From the NCBI GenBank assembly GCA_964016885.1, contig OZ024749.1, forward strand, positions 46,500,001 to 46,564,000: 64,000 nt of DNA, in the 5' to 3' direction. The position numbers and the translations under genes are program-made. The stretch is from Eledone cirrhosa. Lineage: Eukaryota. Shown one piece after another: positions 1-15,029 of the stretch (the stretch's first letter is position 1; each line of letters begins with the position of its first letter). A model generated the notes under the pieces. It was not told where the DNA came from and did no database searches. It saw nothing but the letters and a program-made list of their open reading frames with translations.

Positions 1-84
1 GAAAATGTGTTGGCTTATATATAATTGACTGAAGGCTAATGTAAAGAGCCAGAATACATACCGTCTTTCTGGCAAAGTAGATTA

Positions 85-215
85 ATTGAACACCTGCTAT
101 TTATTTTATCGACCACATAATTCTGAAAGGCAAAGTTGACCTCAGCCAGATTTATGCCAGAAAAAAAATACCACACTATCATTGTTTCTGATGCTCGACT
201 TATTCGGCCAATCTA
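85..215 (-). mobile_element. SINE family 1, old degenerate copy
   Basis: tttattttatcgacc...aaggcaaagttgacctcagc. Confidence 0.55.
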
Positions 216-967
216 TCACCCTGTTATGAACTGATATATTAGAAACACATTAAAGCTCATCCCACCCAACTTCACACGCTGATCTCATTTTAAACATGCT
301 TAATTTATATATTCATGAAACTATTTCCCTTCAAAAGAAATGACTGTTTTACCAAACTTTCTCTGCATCAAAGTACACTCGCTACTGAGAAATCACAGCA
401 ATAAGGCAGCGTAGCATTTATAGATATTTCTACTGATTCCTTTATTACAATACACATGGAAAATTTGCTAAATAAAAATTTAAGGCTCATAATTACAATA
501 TAAATCCGTTGCTTAGCGCAAAACTCTGACATGACTGAATGATCATATATTATTCATGCATGTCCGCATAGATGCTACCTGTGATAGTTTACAGCCTAAA
601 CAGAAAAGAGGCATGCCCTGAGAAAAGCACTTTACTAGTGTGTACAGTATGAATAGTGTATTGCCATATTGCCTTATTTATGATTTCTCAGTGAAGTATA
701 ATGTACAAGGTGTGGTTTAGTAGATACATCAAATCATAAATACAATAAAACATTACTGATAAACAAATCTTTTCTGACCAACATTCTGAAGCACTTGTAA
801 AATTCTGAATTATGCCCTATTAAGTACCCTTTCAACTGAAGCTATAATAAATATGCTTGTACATGTATGTATACGTGTGCATAACCACAACCACAAAAAC
901 GTACACACACCCATCACATACACACACACACACACACAAAACTCTGTGTGTGTGTATATATATATAC

Positions 968-1022
<55 letters not shown>

Positions 1023-1025
<3 letters not shown>

Positions 1026-1071
1026 CGTTTCTGAATTTGTTCTTATTGGCAACATGACCCTCCCAAAGTAT

Positions 1072-1077
<6 letters not shown>
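1023..1077. mobile_element. Internally deleted family D derivative in (TA)n
   Basis: tttcgtttctgaatttgtt (as at 47445) is fused to cttattggca.catgaccctcccaaagtataacaat (as at 48402-48437). Confidence 0.75.
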
Positions 1078-1114
<37 letters not shown>

Positions 1115-1737
1115 GATATATAGATGGACAGAGATACGATTACGAACAAACATACATATATATGAAAGCACATTTTATTGTGTAGCTGGAGTATTCAAAG
1201 GTGTTAAGCTGAAAGAGAGATAGTTCTACAACAAAGGGTTGAAGTAAGATACCGATATTTCTTTGGTAAAAGGATATAATATATTATACAACATAACACA
1301 ATGCACACAATAGAATAACATAGTCTATCATACTATTCTATTCGTTTATGTTGTTCTAATATATATCATTCTATATTATTCTATCCTATTATATATTACA
1401 ATGTATTATGTCATATTATACTATATCGTAACTTGTATTGTATTATGTGAGTAGTGCAGTAATTAATTTCCAAATAAATGTATTTATTCCCAGCATGATC
1501 ATTTTCAATTAAATTTCAAATACAGTCTTCAATTCAAATAGAGTGACCTTACATATACACATTCATTGTATATACTTGATGTATGTATAGAAATATGCAT
1601 GTATGTATGAATGTATGTATGTATGCATGCATGTATGTATGTATATCTGTATAAACGTATATATGTATATATGTATGTATGAATGTATGTATGTATATAT
1701 GTATGAGTCTCTCTCTGTCTCTCTCTCTCTCTATATA

Positions 1738-1850
<113 letters not shown>

Positions 1851-2054
1851 TGAGACAGATGGAGAGAGACAAGTAGGAAAACGCGTATGTGTATATGAGC
1901 GATTTCTTATGTGAATATGTGCGTTTGTCTGTTTACACAGATACCTTTCTGTCCATGCTTTGCTCTACAGTTGTTTCCGCAAGAGTAATGCCAAAGCAAT
2001 AGACAGGAGAGCGACTATGAATACATACAATTATACAAGCAGACAAACATGCAT

Positions 2055-2110
<56 letters not shown>

Positions 2111-2271
2111 ATACATATAATAATACGGTCATTTTCAACATGGATGACAACATTAACTGTATTTCGTGATTATTCTTACACCAAATCAAGTTCATAGCCG
2201 CAAAGGGAAAGGATACGTTTCTAGTAAATCTCTTTCACTCAAATTTATACAGCGAAAAGAAGCAATAACTA

Positions 2272-2475
2272 CGATAATAGTAATGATGATGGTGATGATG
2301 GTGATGATGATGATGATGTTGATGATGATGATGATGATGGTGGTGGTGATGATGGTGATGCTGATGATGATGATGTTGATGATGTTGATGGTGGTGATGT
2401 TGATGATAATGATGTTGATGATGATGATATTGATGATGATGACGATGATGAATGATAAGGATATTGATGATCGTG

Positions 2476-2523
<48 letters not shown>

Positions 2524-2525
2524 AT
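2272..2525. repeat. (GAT)n imperfect microsatellite
   Basis: Directly visible in the sequence. Confidence 0.95.
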
Positions 2526-5189
2526 GCTGTTCGTGATGGTGTTGATTGTAGTAGTTACAATAACGACGTTGGGTATTTATGAAGAGCATAAAAGCCAGTA
2601 TGAATCCAAACAGACTGCTTGACGATGGTAAGGGTACAAGGATAATGCCACCATTACATTCAACTAAGCAAACTGAATCTATTTAAGTAGAACAAAACGA
2701 ACTGTTGTCCTGAAAACTTAGTAAACACTAAGGCGGAAACTGTACGTGCTTTTATGGCATAATGGAAGGAGGAAATGATATTGAATCGAAATCTTGTTTC
2801 CAAATACGAGAATTTCTATTCTCCTTTATTCTGTTATATATGTATAGACGAAGTTTGGTGTAATGGTTAAGAAATTTGCTTTGCAGTCACAAGGTTTCGT
2901 ATTTGATTCTATTGCTTGATATCTAAGCGACGTATTATTTTCCATAACCTCGAGGCGTGAGTAAATTTGAGTAGACGAAAACTGTGTAACATCTAGTTGT
3001 ATGGGCAGCACCTCTCATGCAAAGGGTCAGTTATTTTACAACACGTGTAAGGCTGAATCGATAAGAATTACATTAAGACTAAACGTGTGTATGGGATGGT
3101 AGTGACATATGGAGAAGACATAATCAAAGGTTTTTAGTGAGGGACAAGCTATTATTTAAAATTAATGCATCTGTGACATTCTATTATATCTGCTTAACGC
3201 TCTTAAGAATAATATAATTATACTTGAAGGAGATTTACTGGCTATTTGTAGCTAGTCAAGCATATCTGTAAGGGCGCTTTCTTCTGAGCACATGATAACT
3301 ATAATGTTTGAAGACTGCGTGGGTATCTTAACAACGTTTATTCCAGTTTCCTTTCAAATGCCTTTTCGCGATTATAAAACAAATCTTTAAGGATGTGGTT
3401 GTGACTTATCTGGTTATTTGTCACTTAGATATGGCTTCAGTTAAGAGACGTAAGTTTTAAAGCTGATTAGCCTCAAAATCAGCTCTGATCGAACACACGT
3501 GTCGACAAATATACGTTAACAATGAGAACTCCAATTTTTAACAAACCTATCCAGCATTCCAGGTTAACCTAGAACATGCCGATATATGTAACAATAACCT
3601 TTGGAAGGAAATATAGGAATACATTCTTTACTTCACACTTGTTTATTAACAAAGGTAGGGCATCTCTAGTAGATCTCACTTGCGGAATATTTCGAATAAA
3701 TCTCAATTATTATCGCAATAATTAACGAAATCGGGTGTTATTTCTTATAACACAATTAGTGAGTTGTCTGGCGCCATGAATATACGTGATGCATATTGAA
3801 AGAAGATTGAGATGTATTCGGCAACGAGGTTTTGTCAATGATGCATTTATTCTTTATTGACTGTCTTATTCCATGGATCTAGGAATGGGAATAATATATA
3901 TTCTACTTACTATTTAAATATAAAAGCGAAATTTTCTCCAAATGCTTAGAAATAGTGTTCTAATCATTAGCTCAGAATGAATTATTTGCTTTTCAAATAC
4001 ACAAGAGGTACGTAGCGTGAATGAATAAATCTAGTATGTTATTCAAGGCTTATTCATAAGATTATATTTTCCATTTAGTCCTTAAAATCTACTTAAGTCA
4101 CTGTTGTAAAAGTTACTTCATCTTTCCAAATGTAATTGTCGAATGATTTTCTTTCAATGACTAAAATGTGCTACTGGACTGCAAAACTATCACTAGCACA
4201 ACCAGCACCAGCCCTACTGGTACTAGCAACACCTTACTTCAGAAAACAGTAGGAAAGCGTCGACAGATTTGTTCGAGCAGCTACAAGTTATGACCAAATA
4301 ATCCTTAAATTATACGTTATAGTGCTTTTGAAATGATCAGAATGGCTAATATTTCCCCCAGTACGTTTTTTGTTTAAACAAAAAGGACATCTAGGGTGAA
4401 GTGCATTTGTCGGGCGGTATACTGAATATGAACGACCTTAGGCTAAACATTAACAACAAAAATAACAACGCAATTCCTTCATACCAATTTCCATCCATTA
4501 GAAAATAGGTGAATAGTTAGTTTCATTCATCAGGTTAGGCCATTATCCAATTACACAATGTTAGTTTCAATTCCTACTTATGATCCAATTTAGCTTTAAT
4601 GATGAACCGCTGTTACTCCTCATTGTCAACAACTGTTTACCTATTTCAGTATGTTAACCCCCTTTCCACTAAAAACGAAAAAAAAAATGTGAATTACATA
4701 GGATTCTATCTTAAAAGCTTCAGTATTCCTGCAACTTAATAAGCACAGAACAAAGTATTTTACTCAACGAGAAAACAAAAAACAAACAAAAAACACCTAA
4801 ACTGTCCATTTCGTCAATAAATGTATAGTTGGAAGCATGGGCCTAGCTAAACTGCTACACATTCTTAATGTATCAAGAACTGGCGGAAGAAAGTTAAAAG
4901 TGAACCATTACTTGAGTTCTAAACAGGGCATAAGTGGACGAAACTAAACAGGAAAAGCCTTTTTTTTTGTCAAATTCCATTACTCGTACAAACAAACAAA
5001 AAACGTCTAAATGGGAGTAGTTTTTCATAGAAATGATTGAATACGGTTGTTTGCAACAAAATCGGTACAAATAATTGCGTTTTGTTTTTTACGTTCTAAG
5101 GTCGAATACCGCCCACACTGACTATATCATCATGTCAATAAACTAACAGTCCATAGTGATATACTTTCATTTGTCTATGGTAGAAATAA

Positions 5190-5233
5190 TTCTTCTTCTT
5201 CTTCTTCTTCTTCTTCTTCTTCTTCTTCTTCTT

Positions 5234-5296
<63 letters not shown>

Positions 5297-5318
5297 GTTA
5301 TTATTTTACTTCTCCTTC

Positions 5319-5374
<56 letters not shown>

Positions 5375-5390
5375 TCTACTACTACTACTA
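5190..5390. repeat. Compound (CTT)n(ATT)n(CAT)n(CTA)n microsatellite
   Basis: Directly visible in the sequence. Confidence 0.95.
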
Positions 5391-6300
5391 TATATTCCTA
5401 CCAAGTAGTTGCTATTACAAGATTCTACCCATTGCTTTAAATGGGCGACTTTTACCAGCCCCCCAACAATGGCGGCTATTGTTTATTGTTTTTTTTACAG
5501 ATTTCAACAATTTTGATGCTGACAAACGCATCAATAATTAGAAAGTTAGAATAGAGAACTAAAACAGAAACGACACTGCTATGAACAACACTGGAAACAA
5601 CAACGACAACAGCGACAACAAAGACAACGACGACACCGACGACAACGATAAAGCTCCACCTCAGCACCATCATAAAAAAACACACTATCAAGAATGACAT
5701 CAAAAACAAAAAAAAATAAGAAAAATATTTACTCTTAAAAATATATTTTTTTTGTTATCAACTTCTATGAATGATTGAAAAGTTACAACATGAAAAATGT
5801 TTAAGAATACCAGGATAATGTCCAACGAAACAATGGACATCTGCAGTGGCATCAGCAAATAAAGACATATAAATACAAAGTCAATGTAAATGCCAGAGAC
5901 AGCAAATATAAATAAGAAAACTTCATCAATTATAAGATGTAGACAAAAACCCAAGAAACTACTATGAACATGCTGTTAGAATTTTCTTCACAAATGCAGT
6001 ACTTTCTCAAACATCTCATCTAGACAAGAATTAACATTAAAACATTTCTTTATTCGGATCTAAAACGAGAAATATCCTTATAACACAGAAGTAATTGAGT
6101 GTGATCTATTTGCCAGATAATGACAAACAAGAATATGCCAAAATGAATAAAAACAACAACACGAATAAGTGAAATGACAGCAGCAACAACAACAGCAACA
6201 TCATAAATAACAACATATTTTGCAACTTTTGAAAAAAATAAAGTTTCTATAGAAAGATTGCGGAATATTAGTATGACAAAGACGTCAGAAACCTTGTATG

Positions 6301-6331
6301 AGTAGCAGTAGTAGTAGTAGTAGTAGTAGTT

Positions 6332-6399
<68 letters not shown>

Positions 6400-6456
6400 G
6401 GCAGTAGTAGTAGTAGTAGTATTAGTAGTAGTAGTAGTAGTAGCAGGAGCAGCAGG

Positions 6457-6507
<51 letters not shown>
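6301..6507. repeat. (AGT)n/(AGC)n microsatellite
   Basis: Directly visible in the sequence. Confidence 0.95.
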
Positions 6508-6958
6508 CAAAATAACTAGTAGCAATAGTCATGTCTAATCATGTAGTAATAATTGTAGTAGTCGCAGTAGTAGTTGAAGTTGTAGAAGTAACATGCCTGT
6601 ATATGATAAATACCAGCAAACTTACAAGGTTGGTATATAAGACTATAATTCTCTTATTTTAGAAAAGGTAACTATGATTAAGTTTGACACGTTGCTTAAT
6701 ACTTTGTTTAGAGTATCGCTAGACTCGAATTCCTGGAAATAATTTTCTTGATTTACACTGTTTTGTTTAACTGCAATTGTATGTGAAGAGTTTATCAGAT
6801 TTATTTTCCGAGTAGAATATTAAAGAAAAAACCTTGTCAGTTAGAATTCAGATTTGTATCTACAATATCTAAATAGAATTAGCATATATGGTTGCCATAA
6901 ATGAGGCGCCATTCACTTGAAATAGTTAGTCGACGCTGACGTTGTCTGTGTTAATAAT

Positions 6959-7144
6959 TGTTTCTACTTTTGGCACAAGGCCAGCCATTACCCAGTGCAT
7001 TACAGGTACTTTATTTTATCGACCCCGTAATGATGAACGGCAAAGTTAACCTCGGCGGGATTTGAACTCAGATTGCAAGGGCCGTAACTCTATACGTCAA
7101 AGCATGACGTCCGACCCTCTGCCGATACTGCCAATCCACCGCGC
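6959..7144 (-). mobile_element. tRNA-derived SINE family 1 (short tail)
   Basis: A-box TGGCAGTATCGG, B-box GAGTTCAAATCC and the body gcc.ttcat..ttacggggtcgataaaataaagtacc shared by ~12 copies. Confidence 0.85.
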
Positions 7145-7161
7145 TTGTCTGTATTAATAAT

Positions 7162-7463
7162 GGTTTCTTATATAGGCACAAGGCCAGCAATTACCTAGTG
7201 CATTACTGGTACTTTATTTTATCGACCCCGTAAGGATGAAAGGCAATGGTTTCTTATATAGGCACAAGGCCAGTGATTTGGGGGGAGGGGAAAGTCGATT
7301 AAATCGACCCCGGTGCGTGACTGGTACTTTATTTTATCGAGCCCGTGACGATGAAATGCAAAGTTAACCACGGCGGGATTTGAACTCAGATCATAAAGGG
7401 CCGTAACTCTTTGCTGCAAAGCATGGCGTCCGACCCTCTACCGATACTGCCAATCCACGGCCC
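7162..7463 (-). mobile_element. SINE family 1 (long-tail variant plus an extra 3' fragment)
   Basis: Same head, with the additional ggggtcgatttaatcgactttcccc segment. Confidence 0.85.
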
Positions 7464-7513
7464 TTGTCTGTATTAATAATAAAAGAAAAAATAAACGGTG
7501 CAACTATGATTGT

Positions 7514-7694
<181 letters not shown>

Positions 7695-8310
7695 GTGAAA
7701 ATGACGCTGTAGTCTTTATGTTGCTAGATCCGGAAGAATTCTCGTGAAAATCGCGTTATATTCAATAAAATGATCCAAGATCTGAGGTGTATTGACACTA
7801 TAATAGCATTTTCCATTACTATAGCTGATTTTAAATGGGTGCACCCTGAATAACATCTGATTACTAGAGATCATTTTAGAAGCACAGTCGCTTCGACCTA
7901 ATTCGTAAGAATTTCATGGTCAATAGTTTAGATATATATATTCAGATTACTGTTATCTATGTTTCTTTAAAGTCATGTGATAGATCTGTGTATCGTTTTA
8001 GTTAGAAACTGTAGTCTTAGTACAATTATGTGAACGTAGGATGTTTCGTAGTTTCTTGTATGTATGTATGCATGTATGTATCTATGTATATATGCATGTA
8101 TCTATGTATGTAGCCTTTCTTCATTTTAAACAAATTCTTCACGTACATGCATTGCACGATAGCATTAAGTGAAAAGCATTAATACTGTTATATCATGCAA
8201 TGGCCATACTTGATAACGAGGGGACAGCCATCATGTATTATGTATGTAGGTAGGTAGGTATAGATGCATGTATGTATGTTCTGGTTTTATAATTTCACAA
8301 ATCTTTACCA

Positions 8311-8353
<43 letters not shown>

Positions 8354-8386
8354 GAGAGAGAGGGGGAGAGAGAGAGAGACAGAGAA

Positions 8387-8482
<96 letters not shown>

Positions 8483-8780
8483 GGTTTCTAACATAGATAC
8501 ACGACTCTTCTCATTGGAATTTACAGAACATCAACCAGGTAGATATGTCTGCATGTCTGCATGCATGCCTCTGTGAGCAGGTATGAATATGATTGTATGT
8601 GTTGATGTGTATGTTTTGAGGTTATATATATGCATGAGCATATACTTTTTATCTGTATAAGTATTAGATGCATAATTTTTGGAATGTTTTATATATTTTT
8701 ACTGTTCCATTAATGGAATGTACTTGTATTTTCCTCTATGTATGTATGTATGTATGTATGTATGTATGTATGTATGCGAA

Positions 8781-8864
<84 letters not shown>

Positions 8865-9580
8865 GGTATGTATGGTCCCCTTGTTCCTGATGAAATCATA
8901 GAGATACCGTATCGAAATACAATGTTTCTTGAACATTCTTTTTAAAAATCTGTCGGAGCCCATTTCCAAACGACAGAGAGTGAGAGAATAGAAGATAAAA
9001 AGGGACATAGAGAAAGAGTAGACTTCACTAGTAGATATGCATCTTCTTATCGACATTGAATACATGAAATCAAAATTGGCTCTGCAGGAATTGAACACAG
9101 AGAGCAGAGATCCGAAACGAACAATGCAGATCATTTGGCACGACGTTCTAATGAATCTGCAAATTCACCACTTCCGGTTTATGAAACATCGTTCAAATGT
9201 TGTTTGAACGTAAACCTATGTAATAGGTTACTCTGAATGTACACTATATATATTTGCTGATTTTGAGGAAATATTTTGTTATTAGGCAGCCAAAATGTCG
9301 GTAACAGAATGAGTCATAATAGAACATTTAATACGTTTGACCTCAATAAGTTTACCAAAGACATTACGGTGCAAATTGAGTTAAATGGCTTTCCATTGAG
9401 AACATGTCGTGATATTGGTTTTCTGAGAATTTCAATTTTCCTCTAAGAAGCACGCCCGCAATAATGGAATTTTTATTATATAACACAAACTACATTACTT
9501 CACAGTTTACACGGAAAATAGATTCCATTTTCTTAATTAAGCTTCACCTACTCAATAAGAAACAGGTATATATATATATG

Positions 9581-9674
<94 letters not shown>

Positions 9675-9731
9675 ATAAAAATAAAAAATATATATATACA
9701 CATATACACATACACACACATACACACACAT

Positions 9732-9777
<46 letters not shown>

Positions 9778-9930
9778 GTACATATATACATATAGATATA
9801 CAAATATATATATATATATATATACAGACTCACACGTATACATACATGTATGTTTTTAAGTAATATGCATATGCGATTGTATGCATCCATGTATATGTGT
9901 GAGAAGGTGTGTATGTATGAGAGAGAGAGA

Positions 9931-10042
<112 letters not shown>

Positions 10043-10333
10043 TTAGAGTCAGTAATGTATAAATGAGAGTTTGCTCTACACAACCATTCCTTGAAACTTT
10101 CTTTTCTACCTCTTTACCGTTACATTGCATCGCTATACACCGGCCTTAGTCGCGTCTTTGTGTACATTCCGCCTATGCGGCTATATATACTGTGTAAATT
10201 TGCCTCCTGCGTGTTCTTCGTTTCATTTCTTAACACACACTCATACAGACACTCACACACACACACATATATATAAATATATATACATACATATATACAC
10301 CACATACATACTTATATAATACATACATACAAA

Positions 10334-10407
10334 AATATATCCATACATATATACGTACAAACAAGCATATATCCATACATATATACGTACAAACAAACAT
10401 ATATTCA

Positions 10408-10479
<72 letters not shown>

Positions 10480-11070
10480 TAATACATACACACATACAAA
10501 CATATATCCATACATATATACGTACAAACAAGCATATATCCATACATATATACGTACAAACAAACATATATTCATTCATATATATATATATATACTTATA
10601 TAATACATACATACATACAAACATATATCAATACATATATACGTACAAACAAGCATATATCCACACATATATACGTACAAACAAACATATATCCATACAT
10701 ATATACGTACAAACAAACATATATCCATACATATATACGTACAAACAAACATATATCCATACATATATACGTACAAACAAACATATATCCATACATATAT
10801 ACGTACAAAAAAACATATATCCATACATATATACGTACAAACAAACATATATCCATACATATATACGTACAAACAAGCATATATCCATACATATATACGT
10901 ACAAAGAAACATATATTCATTCATATATATATATATATACTTATATAATACGTACAGAAAAACATATATCCATACATATATACGTACAAACAAACATATA
11001 TCCATACATATATACGTACAAACAAACATATATTCATACATATATACGTACAAAGAAACATTTATCCATA
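10334..11070. repeat. 32-bp minisatellite (catatatccatacatatatacgtacaaacaaR)n
   Basis: Head-to-tail units, e.g. 10501-10532 then 10533 onward, interrupted by TA tracts. Confidence 0.9.
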
Positions 11071-11212
11071 CACATTTACTCAGTTTCGTGATCAGGATCA
11101 CCCATTGCCTCCGTTTTTCACTCTATTGTTCGTTGTTATTTTTGCTAACTAATTTGAATGTTCCTTCCGCATTTAAGACATTTGAATTGGAATTATTATT
11201 TCATGGTGATAA

Positions 11213-11403
11213 GGGTGATGGATTGGCAGTATCGATAGAGTGTCGGACGCCATGGTCTTCAGCATAGAGTTGCGCCCCTTTATGATCTGAGTTCAAATCC
11301 CGTCGAGGTTAACTTTGCCTTTCATCCTTACAGGGTCGATAAAATAAAGTACCAGCAATACACTGGGATAATTGCTGGCCTTGTGCCAAACGTACAAACA
11401 ATT
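11213..11403 (+). mobile_element. SINE family 1
   Basis: Head, body and tail match the other copies. Confidence 0.85.
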
Positions 11404-11927
11404 CTTTCATGTTTTCTACAGAAAAAAAACCCCAAAAAAACAAAAAAAAAACACAGCGAAAAATATAAACACATACACACACACAGATGCACTCTTGTAA
11501 AACAATGTCTGTATTTCTCCAAAATGTCTCCTTTACGTTTTGAGTTTAGAATTTTAATAACGTTATCGTTATGGATAATCTCCTTTAATGTAAGATTCTC
11601 ATATTACAAAATACGATATGTTTGGCTTTAAGGCAAAATAGATATAATTTTTCTGATGTGAATATTTAACTTGTAGCCATAACATATTAAAAATTTTGAA
11701 TGGAAATTAATAAGGACGGATTTGGAGACAAGAATATAACCACGTAAGTCTGAAGAAAATTCATATTATTCATATCACAATATATATTTTGCAGCTCGAA
11801 CAAGGTTCTTATATCTGCATAATAATGGTTCCTGGTTTAGTCACAAGGCGAACCATTTAATGGAAAAGTGAAAATTGATTAGATCGACTCAGGTGCCTCT
11901 ATGGTACATTATTTTATTGATTCAGTA

Positions 11928-12108
11928 TGTGGATTGGCAGTATCGGTAGAGGGTCAGACGCCATGTTTTGATGAATAGTTACGGCCCTTGCCATTCTGAG
12001 TTCAAATCCCGCCGAGGTTAACTTTGCCTTTCATCCTTACGGAATCGATAAAATAAAGTACCAGTAATGCACTGAGTAATTTCTGGCCTTGTGCCAAAAG
12101 TAGAAACA
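11928..12108 (+). mobile_element. SINE family 1 nested in an older minus-strand copy (~11825-12150)
   Basis: 20-bp target-site duplication attattttat(t/c)gattcagta at 11908-11927 and 12109-12128. Confidence 0.85.
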
Positions 12109-12442
12109 ATTATTTTATCGATTCAGTAAGGATGAAATGCAAAGCTTACCTGCATGTTCATAAAAATTGTTTCACCTTCAAATAATTCTCTATATGTGAT
12201 GTTTATGCGAATACATATCCATTTGCTTGCAATAGTAACGATTTAACCACCAGAAAGAATAGATTCATTTTAGGTGATCCCTATTTTTAACAAATCTCAC
12301 TGGTGGTTTAGATTATAAATTTAGCGTAAAATCTCGGACGTTCTAGATGCTTTTATGTTACTTTAGCAAAGCAGACCGTTGCAGTTAAAAAGGGGCTTAA
12401 TAATAAATAAACAATGCATATTGACACGTTTCTATATATGCA

Positions 12443-12507
<65 letters not shown>

Positions 12508-12559
12508 GCGCGCGCATACACATACACATATATATATATGTAAATATATATATATGTAA

Positions 12560-12590
<31 letters not shown>

Positions 12591-12603
12591 TATATACATA
12601 CAT

Positions 12604-12687
<84 letters not shown>

Positions 12688-12737
12688 GCATGAACGTATG
12701 TATGTAGGTATGTATATATATATATATATATATATAT

Positions 12738-13346
12738 GTCAGGTCACCAGTTGGTGCTACTGGTAACATGTATCCCAGTACAACCGGTCTCATGGTCGGG
12801 TCGTTGGCGACTAAACTGGCAACCCTACCAAGGTTTCTTGGTGAGGAGGGTGACTTTGGACATCCTGCAGGACCTAAAACAAGACCTGTCAAAGGGCAAA
12901 GAGCTCTTAAGAGTCAATGGTCATCCAAAATCACCAGGAGAGATGACCCCCTTAACCTTTGTCAAGGCAGAATTCTAGGAGAAGGAAAACTCTGATATAA
13001 CACCTGCAACCCTGATGATATCAAATGATGTTGACTTGTTCTTCGTTTTGGTAAATATCATCTTGGTTAAAAGAGTGGGATTAGCTTTGTGCAGTGACTT
13101 TACTCACTATAAAAGCTTCACGGCACAGGCATTGCTTTATATGTGGAGATCTCTCTGCACTTGTCATCACATGGTACCATGGGCCCAGCACTATGTGTCA
13201 ATGATTGTCACAAGTGTAGTGTTTGTACTAGACTTTTCAAGTGACTGGCTGGACTAAAAAGCCAGACTCGTTCAGCGCATCGGTCGGGGTTCTCCTACAT
13301 GGATATAAAGTAGTGGCCGTACTCGAAAACGAGTTGGCAGCCACCA
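12738..13346 (+). mobile_element. Non-coding retroelement fragment, probably an RTE-clade 5'UTR, in (TA)n
   Basis: GC-richer island with sharp TA boundaries. The motif ctaggagaaggaaaactctga is recalled from RTE 5'UTRs. No ORF. Confidence 0.4.
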
Positions 13347-13730
13347 CATATATATATATATATATATACATACAAGATAGATACATAGATGTGTGTGTAG
13401 CAGTGAATGTTTATTTACTTATATCTTTTTACATAAACAATTTCTTGTCACGCTATGTCGGAAAATATAAAACCAAATCTATATGATAATATTTTTTAGC
13501 GAAGAAAAGAGAAGCAAGGAAAATTACAAAATGGTCTGTAAGTTTAATAAATTCTGTAAATTCCCGATAGACCGTTACGTAATACAAATACAAAAAAGAC
13601 AAAAAATGACAAAAAAAATACAAGGCATACACATAAAATAAATTACACAAAAAAAGGAAAAAAATAAAATTAAAAAGGGAAACAAAAATGTCTCACAAAG
13701 CAAGTTCGGCAGGAACCTGTAATAAAATTG

Positions 13731-13786
<56 letters not shown>

Positions 13787-13835
13787 GTGTGTGTTTGTGT
13801 ATATGCATATATTTATATTATTTCCACGCACACAG

Positions 13836-13866
<31 letters not shown>

Positions 13867-13885
13867 CATGTATATATATATAAGC

Positions 13886-14027
13886 GGTTACACAACAGTT
13901 AGTTCACCATAGCGAGAACAATTGTTCTCGGTATGGTGAACTAACTGTTGTGTAACCACCTCTACCTAACTCGTCCCACGGACTGAGTGCTCTACACTAT
14001 GGATTTAACCTTCCAGTGTTCTACCCC
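13886..14027. mobile_element. Fold-back mini-element family G (72-bp palindrome + tail) in (TA)n
   Basis: 13886-13957 is palindromic around CAA|TTG with one mismatch, followed by a ~70-bp unique tail. Confidence 0.68.
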
Positions 14028-14124
<97 letters not shown>

Positions 14125-14141
14125 ACATGTATATATAAGCT

Positions 14142-14190
14142 TCTACAGGACTAGAACTGTTTCATTCGTGAGAAATCACGAAATAACTTA
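14142..14190. mobile_element. Truncated family A fragment
   Basis: ttctacaggactagaactgtttcattc is identical to family A and is followed by the small hairpin ttcgtga-gaaa-tcacgaa. TA-rich flanks. Confidence 0.6.
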
Positions 14191-14614
14191 TGTATATATA
14201 TATACATATATATGAATGTATATATAGTGTATTTTGCAATACACCGTATGCTGAATTAAAAGCTTTTTGAAGAACTTACTCTATTTTTCTAAAGTGGTGA
14301 CAATGTCACTTACTTCAATTTTCAGTCAACACGTGATTTAAGCTTACAGAGCTCTATTTCGTACTGTCAGAATCCAACATTCATAATTTTCAGCAAATAG
14401 GAGGAGTCGTGAGCTTTGATAAGTACCAACAAGTACGAAACAGATCTCTGTCATCTTATCTCCCCTGTTTGCTGTGAAAATTGATGTAAGTGACATTGTC
14501 ACTACTTTAAAACAATAGCCTAAGGTCTTCACAATGCTTTTAGTTAAGCATAGAGTGTATTGCAAAATACATTATATATACCTTCATATATATATCGCTA
14601 TTTCAGAGTACCAA

Positions 14615-14760
<146 letters not shown>

Positions 14761-14769
14761 CATATATAC

Positions 14770-14810
<41 letters not shown>

Positions 14811-14908
14811 TATATATATATATATATATATATCTTAAGGTTTGTTGAAATGATCATAGTATAATAAACCTTTCAACGATTTACACCAGTAAAGCCTCCT
14901 GTTACTTC

Positions 14909-14983
<75 letters not shown>

Positions 14984-14996
14984 CATACATATATGC

Positions 14997-15028
<32 letters not shown>

Positions 15029-15029
<1 letters not shown>

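Noticed and set aside
8880-8935. CTGATGA...GAAA hammerhead candidate
   Set aside because: Helices II and III do not pair in register with the core; likely chance.
10334-11070. 32-bp repeat array as a CRISPR
   Set aside because: Units are head-to-tail with no unique spacers, there are no cas genes and the context is eukaryotic.
13012-13040. CTGATGA hammerhead candidate
   Set aside because: No suitably placed GAAA or helices.
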